Source: Candidatus Woesearchaeota archaeon
Lineage (GTDB): Archaea; Nanobdellota; Nanobdellia; Woesearchaeales; SM23-78
Assembly: GCA_016932315.1 (NCBI GenBank)
Contig: JAFGDD010000004.1
Span: 35,457-99,456, forward strand
Reading direction: 5' to 3'
DNA length: 64,000 nt
The position numbers were made by a program, and so were the translations under genes. Shown here in pieces: positions 8,255 through 17,711 of the stretch; positions within the stretch are counted from its first letter, which is position 1, and each line of letters opens with the position of its first letter. The notes below the pieces were generated by a model. That model saw only the letters and a program-made list of their open reading frames with translations. It made no database searches and had not been told where the DNA came from.

Positions 8255-10693
8255 TTGATTAGCAACCTACTCAGACCAGGAGCACTCGTCTGGCTCATAC
8301 CGGTAATTCTCCTGTTCTTATTCTTGCTTTTCAGGAATTTTATCCCTGATGTTTTCGGCGATAAAAAGGAAAAAAAGAGGTTCAAGCTCATAATCATGGT
8401 TTCAAGGCTTCTCATCTTTACCTTGCTCATAATAGCACTAGCCAAGCCTTTTGGTGAGGTCAGAACAACCACGCCTGGCAATCCAAAGCTCACCATCCTT
8501 GTGGACAATACCACCTCCATGAATGTTATGAATACTGATTTCATAGCTGAGCTCATGGAAAACTTGGAACAGGAAGTGCCTGTGAGCGTCAAAACTCTTA
8601 GTTCTGGCTCGCGCTCAAGCCTTGGCGATGACATACTAACGCACCTGGAAAAAGATACCAACTTATTGCTAATCACGGACGGGAATGTGAATGAGGGCAC
8701 TGAATTAGGGGATGTGGCTCTCCTCGCGGCTAATCTAAACAGCACTATAAGCGCTGTTGAGCTCGATGACAAAGAATTAGAGGCAAGCGTGTACATTACT
8801 GGTCCGGAGACAGTGGTGGCTGGAGTTGAAAATTCTTTTGACGTCCACGTTATTAGCCTTAACAATCAGCAAGCACACCTAAAAGTAAGTGTGGGCAATG
8901 AGATTGTTGTGAATGAGTTTGCTGCAAAAGAGGTTTATTCATTCCAGAAAAAATTCAGTCAAGGAGACCACACAATAATAGCAGAGGTAAGCGCTTCAAA
9001 GGATTATTTCAACCAGAATAATGTGTTTTACAAGGTTGTTAGCGTGGTGAAAAAACCCAAGATTCTTCTGGTGTCAAATGCAGCAGACCCAATAGAACAA
9101 ATACTTTATGAACTTTATGATGTGACAAAACTCAGCTATATTCCTGATAATGTTAATGATTATTATGCAATTATACTTAATGACGTGCCGGGCAATGTGC
9201 AGGGAGCAGACAAGCTTTCTGATTATCTGGTAGACAAGGAAGGAGGCTATTATGGCAATGGATTATTCGCCATCGGAGGGTTTGACAGCTTTGACAGAGG
9301 GAATTACAAGGGTTCATTGCTTGAATCATATCTCCCTGTAACTGTGGGCAAGGCTGCTAGGAACAGGGGCAGCAGCAACATTGTGTTAACGATTGACTTC
9401 TCAGGCACCACTGGAGTGATTTATGAATGCAGAAAACCAGATGGCAAGTGCAGCAGCGGAGAATGGACAAGGGTAACCTCAAATATTCAGGACGTCAACA
9501 AGGCCCTTGCAGTGAGCGTGATTAACAGCCTCGGTCCGGATAATGGTGTCGGAGCTACTATTTTCAGCGACAAGAGCGCTACTGTGAACGAGATCCAGCC
9601 ATTATTCCTTATAAAGAAAGATTTGATTGACAAAATTTCAAGAATTAATCAGACTGCAGGCCAATCATACTTCTACGTTGGCTTGAGCGGAGCATATTCA
9701 TTGCTAAAGGACAAGCCAGGCACCACCAATAATATTATTATAATAACTGATGGACAGACAGGAAGCAGCACAGTAATACAGCAAACCTTGGACACTGCAA
9801 AGACTATTAATGCTCGAGGTGTCAAGATTTATGTTGTTGGCACTGGAAGGAATGTGAATGAGGCATTCCTGAAAAACATTGCTTATAATGGCGGAGGCAT
9901 TTATTTCCCTGCTAACCAGGAGAATAAGCTTAAGATATTGTTCGGTGAACCTGAGGAGAGCAAGTTTGGGGAGCTCTTTGATTTGTTCATCATAAACCCT
10001 TACCATTTCATAACTCAGGGATTAGAGCTTGATGCTAGTCTTTACGGCTTTAACCAAGTGATTCCTAAAAGCAGCGCCCAACTTCTAGTCACAACTCAGC
10101 ACGGAGAACCTGCCCTTACGGTCTGGAATTATGGTCTGGGAAGAGTTGCCAGCCTGAATGTTTTCAGCGGCAATAATAATCTTGGAGACTTGCTTAACAA
10201 AAAGAATTCTGTGCTGCTCACCAGGATTACTAACTGGGTTATTGGCGACCCTCAGAGAAAAGAGCCTTATTATGTCATAATATCTGATACAAGAATTAAT
10301 GCTCCTTCAGAAATCATTGTTAAGAGCGACAAGTATCCGAGCGCTGAAGGGCTTACCTTTACCAGGACTGGCGAGAACCAGTACCAATCAGATTTCATTC
10401 CTACAGCCACTGGCTTTAATCAGGTGCTTGGCAAGAGCTTTGCTGTTAATTATGAGAAAGAATATCAGCAGTTAGGGCTTAATCCTGGATTGGAGAGCGT
10501 GGTGGCTCAGAGTGGAGGAAAACTTTTTAAGCCGACAGACTCCAAGGGCATTGCTAATTTTGTAAAGAGCATTTCCAAGAGGAGCAAAGTTGAGAGAACC
10601 ACTATTCTCTGGCCTTTCCTGCTCGCTGCAGCCATAATATTTTTAATAGAAATCACCATCAGAAAGATTAGAGAGAGAAGATTGAATTCATAA
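8255..10693 (+). CDS. Membrane-anchored double vWA-domain protein, BatB-like
   Basis: Starts immediately after the previous stop, suggesting translational coupling. Two MIDAS-like motifs (LTILVDNTTSM and IVLTIDFSGTTG/IIIITDGQTGSS), an N-terminal TM and a C-terminal TM. Confidence 0.65.
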   Translation: MISNLLRPGALVWLIPVILLFLFLLFRNFIPDVFGDKKEKKRFKLIIMVSRLLIFTLLIIALAKPFGEVRTTTPGNPKLTILVDNTTSMNVMNTDFIAELMENLEQEVPVSVKTLSSGSRSSLGDDILTHLEKDTNLLLITDGNVNEGTELGDVALLAANLNSTISAVELDDKELEASVYITGPETVVAGVENSFDVHVISLNNQQAHLKVSVGNEIVVNEFAAKEVYSFQKKFSQGDHTIIAEVSASKDYFNQNNVFYKVVSVVKKPKILLVSNAADPIEQILYELYDVTKLSYIPDNVNDYYAIILNDVPGNVQGADKLSDYLVDKEGGYYGNGLFAIGGFDSFDRGNYKGSLLESYLPVTVGKAARNRGSSNIVLTIDFSGTTGVIYECRKPDGKCSSGEWTRVTSNIQDVNKALAVSVINSLGPDNGVGATIFSDKSATVNEIQPLFLIKKDLIDKISRINQTAGQSYFYVGLSGAYSLLKDKPGTTNNIIIITDGQTGSSTVIQQTLDTAKTINARGVKIYVVGTGRNVNEAFLKNIAYNGGGIYFPANQENKLKILFGEPEESKFGELFDLFIINPYHFITQGLELDASLYGFNQVIPKSSAQLLVTTQHGEPALTVWNYGLGRVASLNVFSGNNNLGDLLNKKNSVLLTRITNWVIGDPQRKEPYYVIISDTRINAPSEIIVKSDKYPSAEGLTFTRTGENQYQSDFIPTATGFNQVLGKSFAVNYEKEYQQLGLNPGLESVVAQSGGKLFKPTDSKGIANFVKSISKRSKVERTTILWPFLLAAAIIFLIEITIRKIRERRLNS

Positions 10694-10756
10694 TTAAAAA
10701 AGAATATTTATGTTTCAAAAAAAATTAAATAAAAAAATTATTGAGGTGCTATCAAG

Positions 10757-11272
10757 ATGACTGGGTTTATGGGTAAAAAGGTTAATTTGTTCCTGTTATT
10801 GATGCTCATGCTGGTCTTGCTCGGCTTTGCCGGTGTGAGCGTGTATTACCAGTATACTTTCAAGAACTTGAATTCTCAGTTTGAGAATGTGAGCGGAGTG
10901 CTTGGTTATTGTGAACAAAACCTTAATCAGACCACCAACTCTTTTATGAGTGCGTTGAAGAATCTTAACAGCACAGAAACAGATATAAGAAAATATGATA
11001 AAATATTTGAAGACAAAGTCAGGGAGCTTGAGCAAAAAAAATCAGAGCTTGCCAGCACCCAAGCTGACCTGACAAGAGTAACCATGCAAAAAGAGGTTTA
11101 TAAGAAACAGATTGATGAAGCTTATGCCCAGCTCATTTCGTTGAACAAGACAGTGACTTCGCTTAATACTCAGGTTAACAGCTTGAACAGGGAAGTGGAC
11201 AGGCTTAACACCAGAGTTGCTTGTTTAAGAAATACTGATGACACAGAAGAAGCATCTGATTGTTTTAGCTAA
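10757..11272 (+). CDS. Membrane-anchored coiled-coil protein (hypothetical)
   Basis: N-terminal TM (LFLLLMLMLVLLGFAGV) followed by heptad-rich helical sequence. Confidence 0.4.
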   Translation: MTGFMGKKVNLFLLLMLMLVLLGFAGVSVYYQYTFKNLNSQFENVSGVLGYCEQNLNQTTNSFMSALKNLNSTETDIRKYDKIFEDKVRELEQKKSELASTQADLTRVTMQKEVYKKQIDEAYAQLISLNKTVTSLNTQVNSLNREVDRLNTRVACLRNTDDTEEASDCFS

Positions 11273-11294
11273 ATAAATAAATAGGAGGAATATT

Positions 11295-12095
11295 ATGCCG
11301 CCGCCTTTTATCAAGGCATTGTTTAATGAGGTAAAATTGGAGATGCTGAAAATAGCTCTTATCAGCACGTTCCTAGATACAATTATGGTTTTCTTTGTGG
11401 TTTATTTTGTGGTTTCATTCTTTAATATAAAATTCATGTACCTGCTGCTTATTCCTGGATTGATGGCAGTGATATTCTTTTTTGTAAGCATATTAGTAAG
11501 AATAAAGAGGCTGCGCCTTAAATCCATGGAGGACGCAAACCCTCAGATTAAGGAGATGCTCAGGACTGCCCATGATAACATGGATGCAGAAAACAACATA
11601 ATGGCTGCTGCTTTATTCGCAGAGCTGAAGGAAAAGATGAAGACTGTATCTTCTGGCAACCTTCTTGAATCCAAGAAAGTGGTGACCAGGATTATTAGTA
11701 CTGTAATCATAGTCTTCCTCATCATTACTGTGTCTGCATTTAATGTTAACCTGAAAAAGATTGATATCCCTTTTGAAAAATTAAGGTTTATGGTGCCTGG
11801 CGCGGGCCCTGGAGTGATAGAGGGTAACCTGACAACGCTAGTGTTCAATGAGACCGATGTGGTTTATGGCGATGCAAGCATTGCAAAGCTTGGCAACGAG
11901 GAGATTGATCTTAACATGAATCCTACGATAAGCGAAATAGATTTTAACAAGATAAGCGAGGCAGAGCAGAATGAGTTGCGCGAAGGAGGAGTTCCGCAAG
12001 AAATAGGGGTTACTCCAGATGCTTTTAACAATCAGCAAGTGCTTGATGAGGCAGAGCAGGCTGCTAATTATAGTCAGAGGATAAAGAATATTTAA
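11295..12095 (+). CDS. Hypothetical membrane protein
   Basis: Two or three TM helices and an acidic C-terminus. Strong GGAGG Shine-Dalgarno upstream. Confidence 0.4.
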   Translation: MPPPFIKALFNEVKLEMLKIALISTFLDTIMVFFVVYFVVSFFNIKFMYLLLIPGLMAVIFFFVSILVRIKRLRLKSMEDANPQIKEMLRTAHDNMDAENNIMAAALFAELKEKMKTVSSGNLLESKKVVTRIISTVIIVFLIITVSAFNVNLKKIDIPFEKLRFMVPGAGPGVIEGNLTTLVFNETDVVYGDASIAKLGNEEIDLNMNPTISEIDFNKISEAEQNELREGGVPQEIGVTPDAFNNQQVLDEAEQAANYSQRIKNI

Positions 12096-12165
12096 TGTTC
12101 ATGAAAGAATAAAAAAAATTGTTTATGTATTAAATAATAAAAAAGAATTTTAGGAGGCGATTAGC

Positions 12166-13122
12166 GTGGGAAAAGAGATGGAAAGCGTTAAGAACATTGA
12201 GAAGCTAAAGGAGACTTTTAGCAATGTCACAAAGGAGATAAGCAAGGTCATTGTGGGGCAGGAAGAGGTTATTGAGCAGATACTCGTCGCGATACTCTGC
12301 GACGCCAATGCCCTGCTTGAAAGTTACCCTGGGCTTGGAAAGACCACTATGGTCAAGACTATTGCAAATGTTCTGGATTTAAAATTCAGCAGAATACAGA
12401 ACACCCCTGACCTCATGCCGAGCGATATCATAGGCACTTATGTTATTGAGGAGGATAAGGGTAAAAAGGTTTTCAGGTTTCAGAAAGGACCTGTGTTTGC
12501 CAATGTAATACTTGCAGATGAGATTAACAGGGCTACTCCAAAGACTCAGTCAGCCTTATTAGAGGCTATGCAGGAAAAGCAGGTAACTGTGGGCAACCAG
12601 ACTTTTGAGCTTGAAAGGCCGTTCTTTGTATTAGCAACCCAGAACCCGATTGACATGGAAGGAACTTATCCTTTGCCAGAAGCACAGGTAGACAGGTTCT
12701 TGTTAAAGATACTTGTTGGCTATCCTAAGTTTGATGATGAAATGGAAATAATTAACAGGTACACCAAAGCAAGTGCTGATGCTGGCGTCAGAGTTTTGTT
12801 AAGCAAGGAATCATTAACCTTATTGCAAAATCTTACCAGGCAGGTGCCTATTGCTGATGACATAAAGAAGAGGGCTCTTGAGATTGTGGCTAAGACCAGG
12901 ACTGCAAAAGATTTAATAGAGTACGGGGCAAGCCCTAGAGCCAGTATTGGATTGATACTCGCAGCCAAAGCTAAGGCTCTTCTTGATGGCAGGAAGTATG
13001 TTAGTGCCAAGGATGTTGAAGACATGGCTTATCCGGTGCTCAGGCACAGATTAATACTTAATTTCAAAGCAGAAAGAGATGGCAAGACCCCTGATGACGT
13101 GATAAGGGAGATATTGAAGTAG
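12166..13122 (+). CDS. moxR: MoxR-family AAA+ ATPase
   Basis: Walker A (PGLGKTT), Walker B (LADEINRA) and the TQNP...EGTYPLPEAQ.DRF sensor region are diagnostic of MoxR/RavA-type ATPases. GGAGG RBS precedes the GTG/ATG start. Confidence 0.85.
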   Translation: MGKEMESVKNIEKLKETFSNVTKEISKVIVGQEEVIEQILVAILCDANALLESYPGLGKTTMVKTIANVLDLKFSRIQNTPDLMPSDIIGTYVIEEDKGKKVFRFQKGPVFANVILADEINRATPKTQSALLEAMQEKQVTVGNQTFELERPFFVLATQNPIDMEGTYPLPEAQVDRFLLKILVGYPKFDDEMEIINRYTKASADAGVRVLLSKESLTLLQNLTRQVPIADDIKKRALEIVAKTRTAKDLIEYGASPRASIGLILAAKAKALLDGRKYVSAKDVEDMAYPVLRHRLILNFKAERDGKTPDDVIREILK

Positions 13123-13587
13123 GATATTGTTGAGCCCGACACCGCCCCCAGGTGCAAACTTCTTTGGCAGAAGAAGTTAAGCGCGTTAATTGGGGGATGC
13201 CCAAGCAAAAGAGCAGGGCTCTTTTGATGTGCGAAGAAAACAAAGTTTTCTAGCACAACGAAACAAGTTTCGTTTGTCCCAAAAACAGAGTTTTTGTGAC
13301 CATCCGGGAAGATAGCGCCCAAGAAAAACAGAATCAAAAGTTTGCAAGGCGGTTGGGCGGAAAAAAAATATTTGTCGAAATAAGCCCTACTAGCTCCGCT
13401 CGTCTCGCCATGCAAATTTGCTAAAGTAAACTATCGAATAGTTTACTCAAAATTTATTTAGTCAAATAAATTTTGTTGCATTTGAAGGTGCTCAAAAACG
13501 AGTTTTTGGCACACCAAAAGCTTTGCTTTTGATTGCTTCGCCGGTCTTATTTCGACCTGAAGAAACAAAAAAAATTGAAAACAAAAA
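13123..13587. other. Atypical 465-bp intergenic element, hairpin-rich and locally GC-elevated, between moxR and the DUF58 gene
   Basis: At least six short perfect palindromes are present. These include AGAAAACaaaGTTTTCT, ACGAAACaaGTTTCGT, CAAAAACagaGTTTTTG, CAAAAACgaGTTTTTG, GTAAACTATcgaATAGTTTAC and CAAAATTTATTTagtcAAATAAATTTTG. The segment at about 13130-13420 is clearly GC-richer than its surroundings. Confidence 0.5.
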
Positions 13588-14442
13588 ATGGCAATTGATA
13601 TTGGATTCCTAAAAGAGCTGGACAGGTTTAACCTCGTTATAAAGAAGAGAGTATTATCAAGGTATCAGGGAGAAAGAGCCAGCCATGCAGAAGGGCAAGG
13701 ATTAGTGTTTGCTGATTACAAGGATTATGTGCCTGGAGATGACTTCAGGGCAGTTGACTGGAGGGTTTATGCCAGGACAGACAAGTTCTTCATCAAGAGG
13801 TTTGAGGAAGAAAGGAACATGACAGTGCACGTCATAGTTGATGCTAGTGCAAGCATGGATTATGGCAGGAAGATAACCAAGTTTGATTATGCAAGCATGA
13901 TAGGATTAGGATTTGCTTACATGGCATTGAAGAATAATGAGAAATTTAATTTTTCCACATTCTCAGAAGGGCTGAATTATCTCAAGGCAAGGAAGGGTTG
14001 GAACCAGTTAATGAATATATTATCAATACTTGAAAAGCTCAAAGTCACTGGTAAGTCTGCTTTTACAAAATCATTTGATGAGTACAAGAAGTACATGCGC
14101 AGCAAAAGCTTCATAGTAATAATATCTGACTTCCTATATGATATCGAGGAAATAAAAGCTGCTCTTTCAAGATTTACAAAGCATGAGGTGATTATCATCC
14201 AAGTGCTTGATCCTGAGGAGAGAAGGCTTGCTCTTTACGGCGACTGCGTGCTTGAAGACAGCGAGTTTCACACCAAGCTCAGAACCTTTATCAGCAACAG
14301 ATTGATAAGCAATTACAGGAATAAGATAGAAACCCATATCAGAGCCATCAAGGACACCTGCGAGCACATGGACTATGATTTCATAAGCGTCACCACAGAC
14401 ACACCGATATTCGATACTTTCTATGCTGCGCTGAGGACTTAG
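13588..14442 (+). CDS. DUF58-family protein (MoxR partner, vWA-like fold)
   Basis: VFADYKDYVPGDDFRAVDWRVYARTDKFFIKRFEEERN...HVIVDASASMDYG is the conserved DUF58 core. Confidence 0.8.
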   Translation: MAIDIGFLKELDRFNLVIKKRVLSRYQGERASHAEGQGLVFADYKDYVPGDDFRAVDWRVYARTDKFFIKRFEEERNMTVHVIVDASASMDYGRKITKFDYASMIGLGFAYMALKNNEKFNFSTFSEGLNYLKARKGWNQLMNILSILEKLKVTGKSAFTKSFDEYKKYMRSKSFIVIISDFLYDIEEIKAALSRFTKHEVIIIQVLDPEERRLALYGDCVLEDSEFHTKLRTFISNRLISNYRNKIETHIRAIKDTCEHMDYDFISVTTDTPIFDTFYAALRT

Positions 14443-14461
14443 AATAAGCGGTTTAATTAAA

Positions 14462-15001
14462 ATGGAAGTAAAACAAGTTATTGATTATACATTCCGAAAA
14501 ATACTCAAGCGAAAAGAGATATTCGAGCTTGCGGTTGACAGAGGGTTAGAAAAAGGAATGCAGATAGAAGAGTGGTTATTGATTGAAATGCTTGCTAATT
14601 TGAAAAAATTAAAACACAATAAAAAATTATCGGCTGTTGAGGGCGAGCATAGTTATCATAAAGGAAAAAGCAGATTAAAATGCGATCTGTGGTGGAAAAC
14701 AGAAGACAAAGAGTTTTGGCTCGAAGTGAAAACAATTGTGCTAGCAAAAGACATTGAAAGAGGTTCTCTACAAAACATATCTAATGACTTGGATAAAATG
14801 AGAGAAATTAGAAGTGAAGGTGAAAAATATCACTTATCAATTGTTTTCCCGGTTGGAACAGATGAAAAACTGAAGTATTGGAAAAAAGAAATTTCAATTA
14901 AGTATCGTGATAAGGGGTTATTAAAAGAAAATGTTTGGAAATCATATGTCAAGATAGAGAATAAAAAGGAAATAATACTTTTTCTTCTTTTTAGAGAATA
15001 A
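14462..15001 (+). CDS. Hypothetical protein with PD-(D/E)xK nuclease-like motif
   Basis: GEH...RLKCDLWWK...EFWLEVKT fits the E...hhhD...hhE.K pattern of the restriction-endonuclease fold. No partner gene is present. Confidence 0.35.
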   Translation: MEVKQVIDYTFRKILKRKEIFELAVDRGLEKGMQIEEWLLIEMLANLKKLKHNKKLSAVEGEHSYHKGKSRLKCDLWWKTEDKEFWLEVKTIVLAKDIERGSLQNISNDLDKMREIRSEGEKYHLSIVFPVGTDEKLKYWKKEISIKYRDKGLLKENVWKSYVKIENKKEIILFLLFRE

Positions 15002-15008
15002 TTTTCTA

Positions 15009-15740
15009 TTAGTTATTTTTTTTCTTCTTCGTAACGAACCAATACCAGATGACTAACAGTATTATTGTGAATGCTGCCCCTATTAAGAACCATAATGCAA
15101 TGTTGGTTGGCTGCGTCTGCTGTATTACATTAATGACTGGCTGAACAACAGGCTCTGTGATGTTCTCAGTAATGTTCTGTGCGGCTCCCACCACTCCTTC
15201 TGCTGCTGTTTTCATTAGTAAAGGAGCTGCTTCAGTGGCTTCTGGAACAGCGTTCTCAACCACATCTGCAGATCTTTGAGCTACATAATCAAATGTGGAC
15301 GGCGCTGCTGCCATTAATTTAGCGCTTCCCATTCCTAACATCAACTTGTTGAATAGTTGTATTACTCCGCCAACTGCAAGAACAATAATGCTTATGGGCA
15401 GGATTGCCTTTAACTTGTCCTTGAAGCTTTCTGTCTTAGCGCCTTTCGGAGCAATAATAATCAGCTTATTGGCAAGGGAATAATGATTGACTTCTTTTCC
15501 TTTTTCAGAATAATGGAATTCCTCGGATTTGACAAGGTTAGCCTTGACTAACGCCTGCAAATTATAATGAACAGTTGAAAGCGGCAATTTCAGCTCTTTT
15601 GCAATATCGGTTTCTGTGGCTGACTCTTTCTTGCTGAGCAAGTCAAGAATCTTCCTTGCAGTATCATTGCTAATAACCTGAGCAAGAGCTTTGCTCTCAT
15701 TCTCTTCCAATGAAACAAGTAAAAAAGGGTCTTTTGCCAT
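15009..15740 (-). CDS. Membrane-anchored winged-helix (ArsR-like) transcriptional regulator
   Basis: N-terminal HTH (ARKILDLLSKKESATETDIAKELKLPLSTVHYNLQALVKANLV), then two hydrophobic TM segments and a K-rich C-terminus. Confidence 0.55.
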   Translation of the reverse strand: MAKDPFLLVSLEENESKALAQVISNDTARKILDLLSKKESATETDIAKELKLPLSTVHYNLQALVKANLVKSEEFHYSEKGKEVNHYSLANKLIIIAPKGAKTESFKDKLKAILPISIIVLAVGGVIQLFNKLMLGMGSAKLMAAAPSTFDYVAQRSADVVENAVPEATEAAPLLMKTAAEGVVGAAQNITENITEPVVQPVINVIQQTQPTNIALWFLIGAAFTIILLVIWYWFVTKKKKNN

Positions 15741-15802
15741 AAAGAAAGGATAATATTAGCAGGTATTTAAATGTTGATATAGCTTCGAGACAGATTAAAG
15801 TC

Positions 15803-16207
15803 TTATTTATGTTTCCATTCATAAATCAAAATGCCTGGAGGTAATTTGTCATGTTGATAGAATCTTCCTAACCTAAAATACTTGCCCCATTCAGGACCTG
15901 GCTTTATGACAGGCATGTTATACTTGCTCATGCCAGGCACAATAACATCCTTATCAGTGCCAAACCTGCTTAAGTTCGGGAATGTTACGTCAGGCATTCC
16001 TTCAAGCATCATATAATCCTTGCCTGTTCTTTGCATGTATTTCTGCAATGAGAAATAAAAAGGTCCATATCCTCTTATTAATTGGTGATGCATTGGCTTA
16101 AGGTTGAATCTTAATCTGTGCTCAAGCCTTTCCTGAGAGCCAAAAACAGAGCCCATACTAACTGCAGAGCATAAAAGAATTAATGCAATATCTTTCTTGC
16201 GCAACAT
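15803..16207 (-). CDS. Small secreted hypothetical protein
   Basis: N-terminal signal-like hydrophobic segment (ALILLCSAVSMGSVFG). No family motif. Confidence 0.35.
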   Translation of the reverse strand: MLRKKDIALILLCSAVSMGSVFGSQERLEHRLRFNLKPMHHQLIRGYGPFYFSLQKYMQRTGKDYMMLEGMPDVTFPNLSRFGTDKDVIVPGMSKYNMPVIKPGPEWGKYFRLGRFYQHDKLPPGILIYEWKHK

Positions 16208-16251
16208 AACAAGCAGTAAGTCATAATCATTATAAAAACTTTTCTAGCAAT

Positions 16252-17598
16252 TTGGCGAGAGTAAAAAGTTTTTTAAATCCTAACTCTAAGATTAAAGAGG
16301 TGGAAGTAGAAAAACTGGTTGAGGAAATCAAATCTCTGGAAATTTCTCCTGAGAATTCTCTTGAGTGGTGGAATAATGAAAGAATATCGAGAATTGAAAG
16401 AATAATCAACAAAATAACCAGCATAGAAAGTTTAATATCGCAAGGAAACCCCAAGCAACACCTTGAAGAGTTGCACAATTTCTTAAGGATTTTACAACAC
16501 AGCTACAAGATGCATGACAAAAATATAAGGGTGCACATCAAGACTATATGCAGACAAAAAGGCATTTCAAGCATGAAAGAGCTTGACGACTGGATTGATG
16601 GTGTTTGCAACGAAATAAGGAACAATATAAAACAAAATCCAAAAATCAGCTTGGTCGTATCTATGTGGAATGGAAGCAATGATATCATAGAGATGACTGA
16701 AAACATGTTCTTTAACAGCGTGATAAGGAGCGGGCTTCCAGAAATGGAGATAATAATTGTTGATGATGGATCTCCGCCAGAGTTCCAGCAGAAAGCAAAG
16801 GAAATGATGCAGAGAATAATTCCTAGATTAGAAGCGAAAGGTCATCATGTGCTTTTTATTCAAAGTCCTGTCAACTTAGGGTACACACACTCTTATAATG
16901 CAGGGTTGAGAAGAGCCACAGGAGATGTTGTGTTTGTTTCTAACACCGATATTATGGTTTCTCAAGGAGCAATGCAGGAAATGTTAAAACTCTTAATGAA
17001 AGACCCTGAGGTGGTGCACAGAAATCCTGAAATTGCAAATTTGAATGTGGGAATTGTAGGTCCAATGCTTACTGGCGTAGCCAATTATGCTCCTCAACAA
17101 GCGACAAGAAGTCTTTTCATAAACTCTTATGAAAAAGATGAGATTGAAAGAGTTGAAAAATACACTGCCGAATTTAACAGGCTTAACGCCAATGCAAAAC
17201 CTGCCATTGTGAAAGTAGTCATGGGATCTTTTATGGTTTTCAAAAGAGAAGTATTCAGTAAAACAGGATTTTTTGATGAAAAATTCAAGCAGGGCTATGC
17301 TGAAGAAACAGATTTTTGCTATAAAGCGCAGAAAAAAGGCTTTAGTGTTATTGTTGCTAGGAACGTCTTTGTATATCATGGAGGGGTTAACAGAAGCAAG
17401 CTTTCAGAGCAGATGGATTTCTCAGGTCAGAGCACCTCAAAAAAATTTTCTCATTTTAAAAACCAGGTGAGAGCTATATTGAATGAGAGACATTTTCTCA
17501 GAAATCATGGAATAAAGGCTTGGATAGAAAAAACCAGACTCATGCGTAACCCTAAATCTCACAAAGGACTAGACCAACCAATTCTGCCTAAAAATTAA
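16252..17598 (+). CDS. Family 2 glycosyltransferase with N-terminal helical extension
   Basis: IIVDDGSPPE (DxD-type motif region) and the GT2 core (VVFVSNTDIMV...GGV) are present. Size is 448 aa. Confidence 0.7.
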   Translation: MARVKSFLNPNSKIKEVEVEKLVEEIKSLEISPENSLEWWNNERISRIERIINKITSIESLISQGNPKQHLEELHNFLRILQHSYKMHDKNIRVHIKTICRQKGISSMKELDDWIDGVCNEIRNNIKQNPKISLVVSMWNGSNDIIEMTENMFFNSVIRSGLPEMEIIIVDDGSPPEFQQKAKEMMQRIIPRLEAKGHHVLFIQSPVNLGYTHSYNAGLRRATGDVVFVSNTDIMVSQGAMQEMLKLLMKDPEVVHRNPEIANLNVGIVGPMLTGVANYAPQQATRSLFINSYEKDEIERVEKYTAEFNRLNANAKPAIVKVVMGSFMVFKREVFSKTGFFDEKFKQGYAEETDFCYKAQKKGFSVIVARNVFVYHGGVNRSKLSEQMDFSGQSTSKKFSHFKNQVRAILNERHFLRNHGIKAWIEKTRLMRNPKSHKGLDQPILPKN

Positions 17599-17711
17599 GC
17601 AGCGTCCGTTAGAAAAATCTTGCATAGCTTCAACTCAGCTTAAAGACTAAAACATATTTAAATACAAGCTTTGATATATCAACCAGATAACAGCATTGAG
17701 AGGTGTAATTC

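Noticed and set aside
8227-8865. 212-aa ORF antisense to the second vWA gene
   Set aside because: Lies entirely inside a well-supported plus-strand gene, has S/T-rich low-complexity composition and no motifs. Typical shadow ORF. The same reasoning applies to 2393..2686, 9704..10006, 19566..19808, 36177..36756, 49542..52501 and other antisense ORFs in the track.
13029-13415. 128-aa minus-strand ORF spanning the moxR 3' end and the hairpin-rich element
   Set aside because: Overlaps moxR by about 94 nt. It is open only because of the GC-richer sequence and has no start context or motifs. I treat the region as non-coding.
13130-13420. tRNA, SRP RNA or RNase P RNA in the GC-rich intergenic island
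   Set aside because: I could not find a cloverleaf with a GTTCRA T-loop. The CR-I/CR-V RNase P boxes (GGAAAGUCCGGGC, ACAGAACCCGGCUUA) are absent. Resemblance to the SRP helix-8 motif is weak. Kept as an unexplained structured element rather than a named RNA.
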